Origin: Propionibacterium ruminifibrarum
Lineage (GTDB): Bacteria > Actinomycetota > Actinomycetes > Propionibacteriales > Propionibacteriaceae
Direction of reading: 5' to 3'
NCBI RefSeq assembly: GCF_900289195.1
Contig: NZ_OMOH01000008.1
Span: 30,001-62,000, forward strand
DNA: 32,000 nt
A program made the position numbers and the translations under genes. Of this stretch, positions 31,598 through 32,000 are shown piece after piece. A model generated the notes under the pieces. That model did no database searches. It was not told the DNA's origin and saw only the letters and a program-made list of their open reading frames with translations. Each line of letters begins with the position of its first letter. Positions within the stretch are counted from its first letter, which is position 1.

Positions 31598-32000
31598 TCC
31601 GGGGCGCCGCGACCGTTTGCGGGCTGTGGCCCTCGAATTCATCGCCGAGCGGGGGCTTCGGCGCTTCACCGTCCGCGGTGTGGCCGAACGGGCCGGCGTC
31701 TCGCCGGGGTCAATCACCTACTACTTCACCGACACCGACGAGCTCATCATGTCTGCCTTCGAGCTGCTGACCGAGCATGCAGAACCGAACTTCAACGTAC
31801 GCCTGCGGGCAGCAGGCACCCGAGACGAGGCGATCGAGGTGCTCATCGACTACGTCATCGACCCCGATGACGCCAGCCAGCAGGAGGTCCGCGCCGTGCG
31901 CGAGCTGTACTCCCTCGGCAGCCGTGACCCGAAGGCCGCAGCGCTGGTACGTGACCGGCTCGAGGCCAATGCCCGGACCGCCCTCATGCTGCACTTCACC
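31575..32000 (+). CDS. TetR/AcrR-family transcriptional regulator (3' end outside window)
   Basis: This frame is absent from the supplied ORF track because no stop is reached. GTG 31575 follows GGAGGG. Translation: VRKGIPNDPGRRDRLRAVALEFIAERGLRRFTVRGVAERAGVSPGSITYYFTDTDELIMSAFELL..., a typical TetR N-terminal HTH. The frame is open to base 32000. Confidence 0.8.
   Translation, partial: MRKGIPNDPGRRDRLRAVALEFIAERGLRRFTVRGVAERAGVSPGSITYYFTDTDELIMSAFELLTEHAEPNFNVRLRAAGTRDEAIEVLIDYVIDPDDASQQEVRAVRELYSLGSRDPKAAALVRDRLEANARTALMLHFT

Noticed and set aside
1-32000. CRISPR arrays, IS elements, integrases and phage genes.
   Set aside because: - No regularly spaced direct repeats were seen.
- No transposase or recombinase-like translation was seen.
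- No terminal inverted repeats flanking an ORF were seen anywhere in the window.

Overview
High-GC, almost fully coding window of actinobacterial type; taxon is inferred from composition and gene content only. No rRNA, CRISPR array, transposase or integrase was seen.

Contents from left to right:
1. The distal part of a Tad/Flp pilus operon: tadA (cut by the window edge), tadB, tadC, a small Flp-like prepilin and two TadE-like pseudopilins. It ends in a translationally coupled 952-aa membrane protein with two LysM domains and a C-terminal SARP-like winged-helix + BTAD module.
2. A convergent 741-aa tandem-fused 6-phosphofructokinase.
3. A visibly lower-GC dinJ-yafQ toxin-antitoxin pair.
4. A five-gene operon with start/stop overlaps: a histidine kinase without a sensor domain, an OmpR-type response regulator, and an Fbp-like ABC importer (binding protein, fused permease, ATPase).
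5. A glpT-like organophosphate antiporter.
6. An adenylate-forming acyl-CoA ligase behind a promoter carrying two 18-bp operator-like repeats.
7. An ~11-kb minus-strand block with a sortase-pilus locus: a MalT/LAL-type LuxR regulator with degenerate Walker motifs, two large LPXTG-type non-stalk surface proteins, a YPKN/E-box major pilin and a class C sortase. The pilus genes are separated by strong stem-loops, and the two adhesin genes share an upstream motif.
8. tRNA-Ile(GAT).
9. A yjbR/mmcQ-like gene plus tetR (cut by the window end) behind a 17-bp perfect inverted repeat.

Best candidates for something not yet described:
- the nucleotide-blind LAL regulator together with the two-adhesin pilus locus;
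- the LysM-SARP membrane protein attached to the Tad operon;
- the sensor-less kinase hard-wired to an ABC importer.

All calls rest on reading the translations and the DNA by eye. No database search was run.
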